A stretch of 64,000 nucleotides of DNA from Raillietiella orientalis (taxonomy: Eukaryota), in contig JAYWIR010000049.1 in assembly GCA_036172245.1 (NCBI GenBank), positions 558,001 to 622,000 of the forward strand. The letters run 5' to 3'. The notes under the pieces are model-generated. The model searched no databases. It had not been told where the DNA came from and saw nothing but the letters and a program-made list of their open reading frames with translations. Position 1 is the first letter of the stretch. Each line of letters opens with the position of its first letter. Below, piece by piece: positions 1-12,599 of this stretch. Position numbers and translations under genes: made by a program.

Positions 1-119
1 CTTGCTGCCTGTGCAGAAGGTGGGCAGCATGCGGTGCCGCACTCGGACCTGCTGGGACCGCTGGACCATGGCGACGACTCACGGGATCTTCGCGTCGGCG
101 AAGAGTTTGACCCTCACCA

Positions 120-380
120 CAGTCTCCCCGGAGAAGATGTCTTCAATGGTAGAGGGCCACTCTCGGAATAAGGGGTGCACTCCTTTGCACAACTGGAGGG
201 AAACTCCCACTCCTTGGTTCCTGGAACGACTCCTGGAGGTCGACTCCAATTGTCTCGGCTACTCATCGTGGACATCCGGTTTCGACCGCTACCAGCGCCA
301 TCTTGCGGGAGGAACTCGGAACCCCGACGCACCCCCGACCTCTCGGCGTCGATTCTTTGGTCGAGGATTCGAACCTGTCG
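120..380 (-). mobile_element. Repeat family B (candidate tRNA-derived SINE), copy truncated at its first T-arm by a LINE 3' end
   Basis: By-eye similarity to 57050-57250, 21240-21482 and 48634-48950 (e.g. ctccttggttcctggaa, ccagcg.catcttgcgggagg, ggattcgaacc). Confidence 0.65.
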
Positions 381-1090
381 TTTATCACCCGGTTATGTCA
401 GGAAGTTTATTATAAAAAATAATAAACACACAGGTATAGGGTCACCGGCCTTACATTGTCCTAAAATGTTTGGAACCTGCCGAGTATCCTGCACGCAGGC
501 CGGCGAGGTTAGTCTCAGCAGCGGAGGAGGAGGGGGAAAATAAAAAATAAACAAAGGAATATATACAAAAAATTGGGAGGGTTAGGGAAGGGATCACCGG
601 GTGCTGGAGGGCGTTTTCTGCATCCTTTCCAGGATGCTGCCAAGTTCCTTTTGAGTATGTCCCAGGTGGGTCCATCTTGATGTCCTCATAGAGCTCAGGG
701 TGAAGCAAATGGAGTTCCTTTGCGCCGTCCTCCTCTCGCGTGGCTCCAGGTCGCCGCAGCCCCGCTTAGGCAGCAGCCAAGAGCTGCTGGGATGCAGCGG
801 ACGAAAGGGCATCGCACACGAAGGAGCGCTACATCACGTCCCTGGGAATGTCCTTTGATGGTCCAAGGGCTGTTACGTGAAGCAACCACAGGGGCCGGAG
901 GGCAACACAGTTTGCAAGCAGGTGCAGGAAGGATTCCCGTTCCCCGCACTGAAACAGTCGGGGTCCACAGCCCCCCGGCTCCAGTGGGACCGGCGGGCGT
1001 TGCATGGGATATCCCAGTGTCGACGATCTGCATCTCTGAGCTCTTTGGGTGATGGACGCGTGTTCGTCCACCTCCAACCCCCACCACGTT
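381..1090 (-). mobile_element. 5'-truncated L1/Tx1-clade LINE: ORF2 C-terminal zinc finger region, 3' UTR and terminus
   Basis: Frameshifted translation HWDIPCNAR..DPDC..GERESFLHLLANCVALRPLW matches 42361-42738; T-rich 3' UTR, AATAAA and terminal hairpin present. Confidence 0.8.
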
Positions 1091-1149
1091 CGGCCATACC
1101 GGCGAGTCTTTACAGTCTTTACAGAGACGACACGCGCTCTCGGAGGAAA

Positions 1150-1750
1150 AAAAAAATGCGTCTCCTCGTCGGCGACTCTGAATGATCTTCCCTGGTTCGC
1201 ACTTCGGGATGGAGCGAAAGATGCTTGAACGAACCGTCAAAGTGAAGTGTCGTTGTCGGAGGCAACGCTCCCGGCTGATACTCAGGCAATAGCGGTGCCG
1301 TTGCCTTCAAGAAACCCTACAAGGAGGGCTCCCCTTTTTGGTTCAAGCTGCCCATCGGACTAACGTGCATTCTCGGAAAAAGAGTGATGAAATGCACTAC
1401 GGAAATGGCAGACAGCCAAACCGACGATTTCGTTCTCATGCGCCCCGGGGTTCCTTCGACGGACGATTGGTTGGTTTTGCGGATGCAAAAAGACTGAACT
1501 GCGTCCATAAAGCCCCTTTGTTTCTTCTAAGAGGAAACGCTGCAATGCTTGAGTGCCTCGACGGCTCTTTTTCTCTTTTAAACGGGTACTTGGGATTTGC
1601 ATTGGGTGGATTTCCTCGTCATCCGTGGGCATGCTGAGATACATGGGTAATAGTTATCCACAAAAGTGGTGGCTGGTTTTGCACAACACGTATGGCGAAG
1701 TCTTGCCCGCGACCTGACGAACCCTAGAAAGATAACGTGGCATCAGACAC
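1150..1750 (-). mobile_element. Degenerate PIF/Harbinger-like transposase remnant
   Basis: Broken-frame motifs GKTS..RVV, YLSMPTDDEE and VGLAVCHFRSAF resemble HARBI1-family FGVGKSTV / YIxFP / VQAVCD motifs. Confidence 0.4.
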
Positions 1751-2130
1751 GACAGCCATCGATATGGAGTCACACGAAGATGAGCTGACCATGCAGTGAC
1801 CAGACATCGAGACGGCGATCAGCCGATGCCTCCGAGATGAGCCAACGACACAGAGATCAGTAGACGTTACAAAGATCAGCCGAGATGAGCAGAAGACCCG
1901 AACAGGTCAAAAAAGCCGACACGACGATCATCCATCGGCAAGATGATCGCGGTGATGGACCACGACCGGAAGATGAGATGGAGATCCGAAGATGAGACGA
2001 CGCCGTAGAGATCAACTGACTCCTCGGTAATCAGCGACGACATGACCCGGCGAAGACGCGGAGATGACCCGATACCATGACGAGCCAGAGACACGGTGAT
2101 GAGCCGACGACCTGCCTGACCAATACGACA
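1740..2130. repeat. Degenerate minisatellite-like tract built from GAGATSAGCCGAC-type units
   Basis: Recurrent gagatgagcc/gagatcag/gacgac motifs; top strand is T-poor. Confidence 0.5.
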
Positions 2131-2369
2131 CGACACACAGGGACTAAAATGTGCAGACTTTCTGCCATGGTCAGTGTTGCCAACATGCCGTTCCAGCTGC
2201 CTATTGCTAAGCCCTCCGTGTGCCTGCAGTCGCAATTGCGTGCACATCGGTTGACTGCGCTTCAATGTGAGCCCGGTTGTGTCGTACACGGCACCACGTC
2301 ACCTTATAGCAATTTGCACTCCTGGCCTCTCATTATGAAATTTTCACACAGTGTAAGGGCTGATTGGAC

Positions 2370-3043
2370 GCCATGAAGGAGGAGAAACTAATTGGGAAGA
2401 CTTTTCACCGATGAAGGCCAGGATTCAGATGACGGAAATTCGTAAGCAGGGAGCGTACAAGGCGACGAATTTGCAGCTGATGAAAGTGATGTGGATGGCC
2501 TTTGGGAGTTTTTTATGGAATGCTAGACGGGGATGGGATAAACTCGTATGTGGCGTTCATTGCCAACAACCTTGGAAATCCAAATTATAAAGTTATTTCC
2601 AGAAAAATGCTCCTTCAAAATTTAGGATACCAGCCTCCAACTCCTCATGGGGAGCGGCGGTCGCAGTGCAAGGAATCGCCTCGTTCTTTGAGAAATTTGA
2701 TTTTCTCTGTACCAAATGAAGAAGACCTGAGGTTCCGAGATGTTCCACAGGAACCTTCAACCGCCCATAAGCTCTGCGAAATGTTCCTCCGCGTTCCGCC
2801 AACCGGAAAAGAAGGGAAAAGCGCACGTGCCTGTTGCAAAAAAGTCACGTGTGCCCAACGCCGAAGGCCTTTGCGTTGTGAATGTGCAAATAACTTATAA
2901 GATAATTTGTAAAGGTAATTGTAATTCATTAACAAGATAAAATGTTTATGAAAAATTATTAAGGCTTTATGATTTTAATCGGTGTCCTACTATGACACCA
3001 CGTGATCATTTATGCACAAAATCGTCACGCTACCCCTCTAGGG
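2370..3043 (+). mobile_element. Internally deleted piggyBac element (right end intact)
   Basis: Acidic N-terminal fragment (DEGQDSDDG..DESDV) fused directly to WPLGVFYGMLD.GINSYV and a Cys-rich C-terminus; subterminal palindrome ggtgtc-N7-gacacc; ends GGG followed by TTAA at 3044-3047. Confidence 0.75.
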
Positions 3044-3694
3044 TTAATCTGACCGAAAACAAGTCCGCAGAAAAGCAGCGTGGCCGATTTCCGATGCGAA
3101 GAAGATTGCCACAGATTATGGGTCCCTGCCACACTCCTGGAAATGCTGCCGTTGCGATGACGTCGGCTGCTCGCGCCGACCGGCGCGTTTTCTTCGTTTC
3201 AAGGAAGAATTTCTTCCTGCCCACGCTTCCCGAATAAGAAGATCCGAGCTCAATCTCAATTGGCGCAGGCTCCACCTTTAAACAGGGCGCCAACCCCAGA
3301 GCCACGAGCGGGAATTTGTCTCGGACGGCACACGAGCAATTTTCTTCCGACGTCTGCACCAAGTGGATGCACCAACCTCCTCACGATCAGCGTTTGCTCT
3401 TCCCTTGAGAATCGTCTCTCGCGTCTGCTACAACCTCCAAAATTCGTCGCCTCCAGGTTTTTTTCCTGTGCTCGAGATGACCGACTGCGCTCCCTCCATC
3501 CCAGCAAACTGCTCTTCCAAAGCTAAAGCAACGTGCGTGGAAACTGGGATCTGTCGAAAAGTGCTCTAAAACTGAAGTTGCTGATGTCGAGGCATGGGCA
3601 TTCCGTTTTAACCCTTGGGATTGCGTAGCAATACATGTATACAACGCACCAAGGTCTTTTTTTATATAGATATGTATGTATGTATACACGCATA

Positions 3695-4045
3695 CCGTGG
3701 TACCTCGGTACTCGCCGGTAATTCGTTCCGGAACTCGTGACGAGTTCCGAACAAGTTCCTTTCCAGACTTCATGGTGGTGTCATTTTTAACCATTTTAGG
3801 AGCCATGATTAACGCTTAAAGTGCACATGAAGCGCAGGAAAGAAGGAACGATTCGCAGGAGACACTCCGTGGAAAGGTTCGGCACTGTTGGCGAGCTTGA
3901 CGAAAGCGTCCACTCATCTTGAGAGTGGGGTGTCGAGTTCCGAGCACGTGCCAAGCGTCGAAACTTTTTTTTTTTTTTTCCGGCAAAATACGACGAGTAC
4001 GGAGTTTGACGAGTTCCGACACCGTCGAGTACCGAGGTGCCACTG
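3695..4045. mobile_element. pogo/Tigger-type MITE (351 bp)
   Basis: TIRs CCGTGGTACCTCGGTACTCG and CGAGTACCGAGGTGCCACTG (18/20 complementary); TA on the left flank; no ORF. Confidence 0.75.
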
Positions 4046-5285
4046 CCCATCATCTGCAATCGGTGGAACTTCACGGTCGCCGGCCACAGGCCTCAGGGTC
4101 TCATGAGCATGCGCAACCGAAGCATCGGATGAAGAACAAAGTCGTTGCGGTGGCTTCGAGAGCGAAACGCGGTCGGACGTATCTTCCTGAAGCGGAGCTG
4201 TCTCGGAGCACGCGTGTTTCGACCCGAAGAGAACGAGTTGACGGGACGACGGTCAGCCACGGAAGACCTTGCCCGCCTTCCGACCAGAGACTTCTGGGGT
4301 ATTTTCTCCGCCAGATCGGAAAAACTTTTCGCTCCCAATAAGAAGGTGGAGTGCCAAAAGCGGAAGACGCCCTGATATTAAGGGAGGGGGGGGGGGGAAC
4401 AAGAGGCTGCGACCCGGAAGAGTAGATTCTGCAGATGCAACCTGGGAGTCGGAAAAGCAGGAAGGCCGCGCGGGCGGATCTGCATGCCCCTGTGCGGTGG
4501 TCCGCAAGAAGTAGTCCACGTTTTGCTGTCTTCGCGTGGTGCGCGCAATTCTCTCTGCCTCTCGTTTTCGCGCCTTCCGACCCGGTAGTGCTTGTAGATA
4601 AAGTTACATAGAATGTACGGTGAGGACCTCCGGTCAGGATTGCGGCGAAAATCTCATCCAAGCTAAGCGCCATCTTGCTCCACCAGCGTGTCCTCGGCGG
4701 GACACGATGGTGAAAAGGGGTGCGAAAAAATGAAACCAGAAATCAGCACGACCAAATCCCCGGTCGCATGCTAAGCATCTTATCCGGGCCAAGTGTTTAT
4801 CTTCGCCGGTTTGTTTGCGTGCCGCAGCCGTCGAGTGCGGCAGCGAGGCGAAAAATCCCTTCGAGAACCTCGTGGCGCGCGGGGCGGAAGCGATCGGATT
4901 GCACCACGGGAACACTCGACGGCCTCTCCCGAACTCACCGCCACCCCGACCAGTGCGACCAACCCTCACGGGAAAATTTCGGCGCTCGCCTCCCTCCCTC
5001 TTCCTGCGACGCGCGAAGAACGCCGGCCACTTCGGACGTGGAAACGGTTGCCAGGTGAGGTTACCTCCCACGGCTCACTTTCTTGAGGACGGGGGTGAGG
5101 GAGGGGCATTGTGGATATTTTGCCGGATGCGAACGACGCTCCCGTCCCTCAGCGATGCACCCCATAGCGAAAGCGCGCTCCCTTAGGGACACTTCACGAC
5201 CTTTGCGAAATGCGTTCTATATCGGAGGCGCAAGACAAGTCGTCGTGCTCGAATTCTGAAACCGACACGACGTCGGGCTCTCCTC

Positions 5286-8200
5286 TCAGTTCTGTTCCAT
5301 GACGCTGACCACCCAGCTGACGAACGCCGGAACTCTGCTGTAAATCCCGTAGACTCCCTTCCTCCCGCACTTGTCGCCGAAACTGGTTATCCCGTAAATG
5401 GTCCATCTCTCCTCGTGGAGGCACAGAAGCGGACCGCCGGAGTCGCCCACACACGTGTCGATCGTCTGGTTCTTGTATCCCGCGCAGAACATGGTTTTCG
5501 GGTTGAAGTGGTAATCGTAAATGTATCTGCACTCATCGTCTTTGGCGATGGGAACCTGAAATCATGGAAACACGACATTCCACTTGGCCTCCCGAAGCAG
5601 CAGCAGCTTACTACCGGCGGCGCGGTTGTTCGAAGGAACAGCAACAACAACAACAACAACAAAAAAGGAAACTTTGCCCTCCCCTAAAATTCGTGCAAAG
5701 GGCATCGTCTGCAGCCTGCAAGACGACAGATACCCCGAGGCGGGTTCGCCAGACCCTCCCAGTAATAGCGCTCGTTCCTCACGCCAGGCCTGCGGCCCGC
5801 CAAGCTTCCCTGTGCGGCCCATCCATTGGGAATTTCTTTAAACTTCTGACAGTTGGGCAATGCGGTTGGCAGCCCTACGCTCACAGCGCCTCTCGCGGGT
5901 TGTCGTCTGCGTACAGTCTCGTTTCTTGGAATTTTAAGTGTTCGTACGCGGAAAGAGTACAGTGTGTGCTCAACTCACCACAATTAAAAAAGTGCTTGCT
6001 TACATCCATCCATCCTTCAGGTTTTTTTGCATACAATATATGAATGTAAAAAAAATTTACATTGTGCTGAAATTTGTGGTATTAAAATACATTAATGTAT
6101 TTTTTTTTTTTTTGCATGATTATATTATAATGTATAACGTACTATGTACAGCCGGCGTAATAGCTGCAAACTTATGTATGTGGCCCGAGAAGACGAAAGG
6201 TCGAGTATCACTGCGCCAGGCCAAGGAAAGGTCTAGAAGCGCGGAGAGTGCCTTCGACGAGAAGGCAAGGACGCGCGCGAGAGGGAGGGGGGAAGGGGAT
6301 GGGGTGACGACGCCTCGGGATTTGGACCTGTCGGCGGCCGGCCCGCGTGCAGGCCTCGGCCGCAGGCAGACAAAGAGCAGAGAGGCGCCCCTTCGCGCGC
6401 TCGCAGCTCCGCCGCCTCCGCGGCGCGTGCGCGGACCGAACGAGGCACGGCGAACGGCGGGAGCGCCAACGCGCAGAACCAAGCCCTCTCGCAGCGCATC
6501 GGCAGAACCACCCGGACGTTCCACGAGGCACCGAGGGCCACTCCCTTTCTTTATTTTATTTTTCCGCCAAGACGACAAGGAAAAGCAAAGCCTCTGCTCC
6601 GCGCGTCACAGGGAACTCCCTCCCCCATGCGACCTTCCTCTGCTGAAGAAGACACGGGCGGCAGCCCCTGCGCCCACGGGGTCGCGCGTTGCTGGCGGAC
6701 TGGCCCGCGTAGAGCCGGCGTCTTACCTCCGAGCTGGTTGCGCGCCCTCCCCGTGGAGAACCTCCCGGAATGAGCCCAGGGATGTTCCGCTCAGGCCGGC
6801 CGCCGCACTCCCCCGGGCTTCATCCCGCTGGACCTCTCCGCGAAGCTGGAGGGCCGCTCCGGCCTCTATCCGAGCGAAAGAGGAGGGAGGACGCTCACGT
6901 GGGAGCTGTGCGCTCGGGGGGAAAAGCGGGACTGTGTCTTGGACCGGGGGCACCCGCCAGAGACAGGCTCCGCGGACATCTCCCGCCCCCCGCCGTGATC
7001 GCGTCTGGGCACTCCTTGCAGCGAGTGCTTCTTCTATCTCCCTCCCTCGAAGGGTGGGGCCTGCACCTCCGATCGCCTCCTCGGTCACTGGGTACGTCCC
7101 CAGGCTAGTGGGTGAAGGACATGAATCCAGAAACCCAATCTTGAATTTTTAATAAACGAAATCAAAGACCAAATTGTTTTATTTTAATTATTAATTATTT
7201 TATAAAGTGAAATGAGCAAACACACGATGATATAAATTAATTCCTATAGAAAATGGCCACTGATGCATGTCATGCAGCACAAATGTACCGATGTTTACTT
7301 ACTTGGCTTACACGTATATAAATGAACATGTGAATACTAAATGTGGATATTAAACGCACTTATATGGCGATTACTTAATTAAACACATTAGATACATTTA
7401 CGTGGAATATTTATAGTGGTAATACGTTAGTGAGCAAAGGTCTGAGAGCGCTTTTCACGCAAAGATGGCTCACGACACGGAACGTTCAGCGAAAGGAAGT
7501 TGGGCATGGCGCGCGCTTCAGATGGATGCGGAGCGCTCGGGGTCGTCAGCGCCCGATGCCAGAGAAGTCCCTCCCGATGTGCAGGCGACCACGTCTGCTC
7601 CCCGTGCATGCGCTTGGGCCACGTTGGCCCCACGCGCGCGCAAGCACCGTGGGACTGAGCCGTCCTTCGGCGATCTCGGAGCGCGGAAAACCGCCCGCTC
7701 TCTTCTTTCCACGCACCCCTGACCCCTGTAGCCTTGCTTCCTGCTCCCCTTCCCCAAACAGACGCGTCTGCGCAGCGCTCCCTTTTTTTTGGCGTTTTGC
7801 CCATTTATGACGCTCCCACCCGACTGAGACGGACGCTCTCTTCGGGAGAGCACGAGGCAGAACCTGCCCATCCGTCATCCCGTGTCCCAAGATGGCAGCT
7901 TCCCGCATCCCCGGAAGTTCGTTCCTTCCTCCCTTGGACGCCGCTGTCTGCTCGTCAATGCCCGTTCGCAGAAAAATCGGGGCAGCACAGCTCTGTCCAC
8001 GTGGGACGCCCACCCGACTGTCCTGCTGTTCCCGTCCAGTAAACCCCCTCTCGTCACAATCTTCCCTCGAGAAGGAGGGCGAGGAAGAGGAAAAAGGGAG
8101 GAAGGAAGGAGAAGGGAGGGAGGCAGGGAGGAAGGAAGAGGAGGAGGAAAGGAAGAAGAAGAAAGGAGGAAAAGGAGGGAGGAGGGAGGAAGTGAAGAAC

Positions 8201-11200
8201 AGGAAGAGAAGAAAATGGGAAGAGGAGGAGGAGGAACGGAGGAAGAGAAGAAGCACGGAGCGCGCTTACCGCAGCCTCGTTCAGGATGATGGCGCCCAGG
8301 TGGTCCCGAGTGGACGTCTTTCCCCATCCGGTGACAACGCAGCTCGTTCCCGGCTTGGGCAGCGGGCTCCTGTGGGCCGGCAGACAAGCCGAGCTAATGT
8401 AGTCGCTCTGCGGAACGGCCGAGGGCAGTCGGATCAGCGCGACGTCGTAGTCCACCATGCTGGGGTCGTAGTTGGGATGGATGAAGACGGTGGACCGCTG
8501 CCGCGGTCGTCCCCTCCTTTCACGCTGGCGTGGGCGAAACGCCCCGGGGGCGAACTCCACAGACCTTGACGTCGATCTCCGAGTCCTCCTTCTTCAGGCG
8601 GTGGTACTCGCCTACGCGGAGCGTGAGCGGTCCCAGGAAGACGCTGTCGTCCAGGCAGTGCGCAGCCGTCAGCACCCACTGCGTGGAGATGAGCGTCCCG
8701 CCGCACACCATGACCTGGGGAGGGAGTCCCGGGGGGTGAAGGAGGAAGGGCGGGCTGCCAGGCAGAGGGCGCCTCACCGCGCAGGGCTCACTTCTTTGCT
8801 GAGCAGCAGCACCTGCCAAGGCCACTTGCCCCTCTTGGACCGACGGCCTCCGATGATGCGCCGCACGCGCGCGGGGAACCGCGATCTGCCGCACTCCCCG
8901 AGGGGGCCGCCAGGTGGACCGGTGCCCCTGGAGGCGGGCGGGTGGCCTTCCTTCTCCTCCTTCGCCTCCTCCTCCTCCTCCTCTTCCTCCTCCTCCTGGA
9001 GGTCGACGCCTCCACACCGCCCTTTCTCCAGGCAGCGTACCCTCCTGGCCACCTCTCGGTGACAGGGCGAACCGCGCGTGTAGCAGAGGCCCCACTGGTA
9101 CTGCACGTCGCCGTCGCACATCAGGCCGTCCTCAAGACACACCCTGGAAGATCACACCCTTGATCCGTGGCCCGGAAGACCGAGGTTCCCTTCTCCTGCT
9201 TGTCAGGACGTGAGCCCCCCCCCCCTTCCCCGCGGGAAGAACCGGCTCCTCCGGACTTCCGCGTTCCCTTGGCAACCGAGTGACCGAGCAGCAGGAGCGG
9301 CCGTAAGGCTCTGCGGAGGGCCGCGTGCCGTCCACCCTGAGGGAAGGAAGTGGGAGGGGAGTGGAGGGAAAGAATAGGGAAGGAGCCCTCCCGAGACCCC
9401 CTTCGACGCGCGCGCCGGCCCTCGGTGCTCACCTGTACCTGTAGGTCCGGCAGGACGCCGAGCACGGTTCCCATGGCGACCAGGGCGTGTAGGAGAGCCA
9501 CGAGAGCAGCCAGTCGAAGGTGCTCTCCGCGCCCAGCGGGATGACGGTGGGTCCGGAGGGTCTCTTCCGCTGCAAGAAGGGGCTCCTTCGGTGGTTCTGG
9601 AGCGCGCGCAGGGCGCGTGTGGGGGTGCGGTTGGGCTGGGACGCGACACGACCCCCGTTCCTCTCCTTACTCCCCTCTCCCCTTCTCAGCTGCCCGAAAC
9701 CATGGAAACGGAGGAGAGTAGACATTCCGGAGGGCATCCCTCCGTCCCTCTTGTCGGAAATCCCTCTCCCTGCTCGAGGGAGCGCCCTTGGAAAGTCAAC
9801 AGAGAGCGGCCCAGAACCCGTCCGCGAGCGTCCCACTCGCCTGCCGGGAGGAGAGCCCACCGCACACGGAAAGCCACCACGGGTGACGGCGCTTTCCTTC
9901 TTCGCTCCAGATCGCGGACCCGAGCCGGGAACCTGGAAACACCTGTCCGAACTACGGCAGCGGTGCGATCGACCGGAATCCCCTTAGCTGATGTCAGGTG
10001 CAGAGACGTCTCCCTTCTATTGGACTGCTCCCTCAGTCCGACAGGGCTCGAAGTGGGGAGGAGGAAGGGAAGAAAAAGAGGAGAAGCAAGAGGAAGAGAG
10101 GACGGGGGAAAGGAAGAGGAAGGGCGACGAGGAATAAGACGCCTTGTCGGGTCTGCGAGAGATTGCTGACAGTCTTGGTAGACGGGCTCACTCTGTTCGG
10201 CTGAAAGCCTCGCATCCTTTCCAGTGCCCCCATGAGGGCGCCGACTCGTCAGGGAAGCGCGATCAGAGATTTCAATACTGCTGGTTCTTTCTTGGGCTCA
10301 GAAGCGGGCGGAAGAGCGGCGAAGATTTTGCGCTGCCTCGGACGCAAGAGCTCCGTTTCGTTGCACCAAACGGAGGTACCCCGGGGAGCCGGCCGCTTCT
10401 TGCAGGCCTAATTCCGGGGCGAGAGTGTACGGCAGTGTTCCCGTGGCGGGGACCGAAGATGAGCAAGATGAGTGGGTGCACGCACACCACCCACCCATCT
10501 CGACCCCCCTTGGGAGCTGGACGCCCGAAGACTGCGCCGTCGATGGCACCAAAACACGGTGCGTGGTGCGCGCGGCAAGGAGTTCCAGGACGGGCGAAGC
10601 GGAGGAAAAAAAAGTCCTCCGGCGAAGATGCCCGGAAAGAACGGCGATGCCTTCGAGGAGATTGGCCGGTACACCTTGCTGTACACCCTGGCAGCGAAAG
10701 AGCTGGCAAAGTCTTATGCGCATAGGGGAAATCTGGAAGTCCTTCCCGGACTTGCCACAGCGAAGGCTCAACCTCGGTGGTTTGCGGTGCCTGGGTCTCT
10801 TTGTCCGGAAAGATGGGATGTTGGGTGCGAGATGTGGTCACGGGAAGATAAACGACCCAAAGCAATGTGAGAAAGCGGGTTCTTCGCTCAAACGCAGTGG
10901 CCAGCTAGAAATCCACGCAGTTGCTTTGGTTATTCGCTGCTCACCGGTCAACGGTAGCCGAGGTCGGCTCGGAACCCTGGGCAGCGAAGGGGTGCCTGGA
11001 GGCAGGAAGATGTGCATTCGTCACACCTGAATTGCGGCGGTATGATGCATTTCCAGTTGTTTCAGTCTACGAAGAGGAGGATGCCGCGTAGTGTGTGCAC
11101 CCAGGTCCGCTCATGTGTGCATGTCGATTGTGTACACCGTGCATCGCGCGACGAGTGCCTGCGACCATTGCAATACTCTAGACACATCCTCGTGAGCTCA

Positions 11201-11998
11201 TACGGTGGATGAACTTCGATCGGTTCTCTCAGGTAATTGACGTAACACGGCTGTCATTTAGTAATGACGATCCTGCATCCAAACGGAAGGGAGAAGGAGA
11301 CAAATTCTGGCGGTGTCATCAATTACATTGTGAAGAAAGAGTACAATTGGCACCGACGAATAAATTGTACTGCTAAAGCGAAACAGCTGTCGATGGGGAG
11401 GGGGGGAAGGAAACAGAAATCCGAGGATGTACGCGTGCATCTCCCCCCCCCCTCCCTCCCTGAAGCGCTTATGGTTACAGTGAGTGCGAGGGAGGGGCGA
11501 CGCAAAAGTGAACTTCCTGAAAATCCACGGCACCGTCGGATGGGAAACGCAGCCTGCCTGCTCTCTCGAGGGAAGCACGAGCTGCGTGCAGAGGATCACT
11601 CTGTCGACGCACCTCGGATGCAGGAAAAAATCCCCGGACCGGCGACTAGATGTCTCCGCTGTTTTGCTTTTCGTTCAATATCGTGTTGCGGGACTCCTAT
11701 GGTTGCGAACACCCTCCCACACCACCCTCTCTTCCTCTCTGCGCGCGCTGCACATACACACACACCACAGGAGGCGGGCCAACTCGCTGGTGGACGGAGC
11801 CACTGCGGCCGGATACCGCTGTTGCCGATCCGGAAGAAGAGAGGAAACGGGGACAGAAGGGAACGCCTGATCGCATGGCACCCATCCTACCTTCCACGAC
11901 GTACCGTCCGCGGACATCTGGCGCTCCACGTGTCCTCTCCCGACCGTGCAGGCCGCGGTAAGCGCGAGCAAGACGAAGAGCACCTTCGCTGCCGCCAT
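5286..11998 (-). CDS. Secreted trypsin-like (S1A) serine protease with N-terminal TSP1-like domain, ~454 aa. Exons 11998-11891, 9689-9433, 9143-8792, 8714-8565, 8497-8270, 5555-5286
   Basis: Signal peptide MAAAKVLFVLLALTAAC; YTPWSPWEPCSASC..RYRVC (TSP1); RVRR|IIGG activation site; TAAHC, DYDVAL and GDSGGP triad; Asp at S1 (DTC). All GT-AG with consistent phase. The first exon and the start of exon 2 are less certain than the protease domain. Confidence 0.9.
8070..8255. repeat. Polypurine (GGA/GAA) microsatellite tract in a protease intron
   Basis: About 185 nt of almost pure G/A. Similar tracts at 10055-10135, 22670-22760, 26810-27030, 28590-28920, 29915-30020, 50420-50510 and 62570-62650. 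Confidence 0.9.
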
Positions 11999-12599
11999 TC
12001 ACCTAAGGAAGCGGAGCCCGTGGAAGTAACGTAGGCAGTCCAGGGCCGGGAACCGCGCGCAGGGTGTATGTCGACTGCTGAGTGTCGGGTTTCTCCTATT
12101 CGGTCGTTGCGTTCCTTCTTTTGCTCGCTCGCTCGTGAGAGCCCTGTTTTCTTTTTTCTTTTTTTTTTGACGCATCTGCCGCCGCCGGTCCCGTGGGAAG
12201 ATCAGCCGCCTCCCTAAGGGAGAGAGAGCTTGTACGGTTCACGGCGTCCCTTCTTGTCCCCCTTCCCTCCATCCGCAGGCACATGCACCGCCTTGCTGCG
12301 TTCAGCCTGTCGTCCCGTCCGCCCCTTGAGCAAAACACGCTCGCCGTGCGTCGGAGAGAGATGGGCGGGCACGTGAAACCCGAGTCACGGAGAGTTCTCG
12401 GCGTTTCGTCCCGGGTTTCCCTGAGACCCGAGAGTCCGAGGATGCACGCAGGCGAGGACGGAGGATTCTGCCCTTTTTTTTTTTGGCTTTCTCCTCCTTG
12501 CGCAGAGAGGATCGCGTTACGGCAGGCACCGCGCTCGCTTGTCGCAAACCGTCCTCTAGACGGGGCTGCAAGACGATCCAGTAGAGAGGCCTGGCACCC

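Noticed and set aside
175..380. Reading family B as an AP-endonuclease remnant (PGGRL..., HLAGG/ILxGD)
   Set aside because: The GR-to-GDFN spacing is too short, there is no YAP motif, and four copies share a tRNA-like boundary on the other strand. Not fully excluded.
5938..7152. 404-aa ORF and other long R/G/P/S-rich ORFs (e.g. 20356-21252, 23326-24234, 26773-27666, 60560-61483)
   Set aside because: Low-complexity products of GC-rich or microsatellite DNA, or antisense to TEs; no domains.
9263..9480. X-box-like 14-mers at 9263 and 9467
   Set aside because: They lie inside a protease intron and a coding exon; treated as background matches.
10185..10245. WGHWKGC on the - strand as an extra TSP1 exon
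   Set aside because: No convincing acceptor, and the frame is closed by nearby stops.
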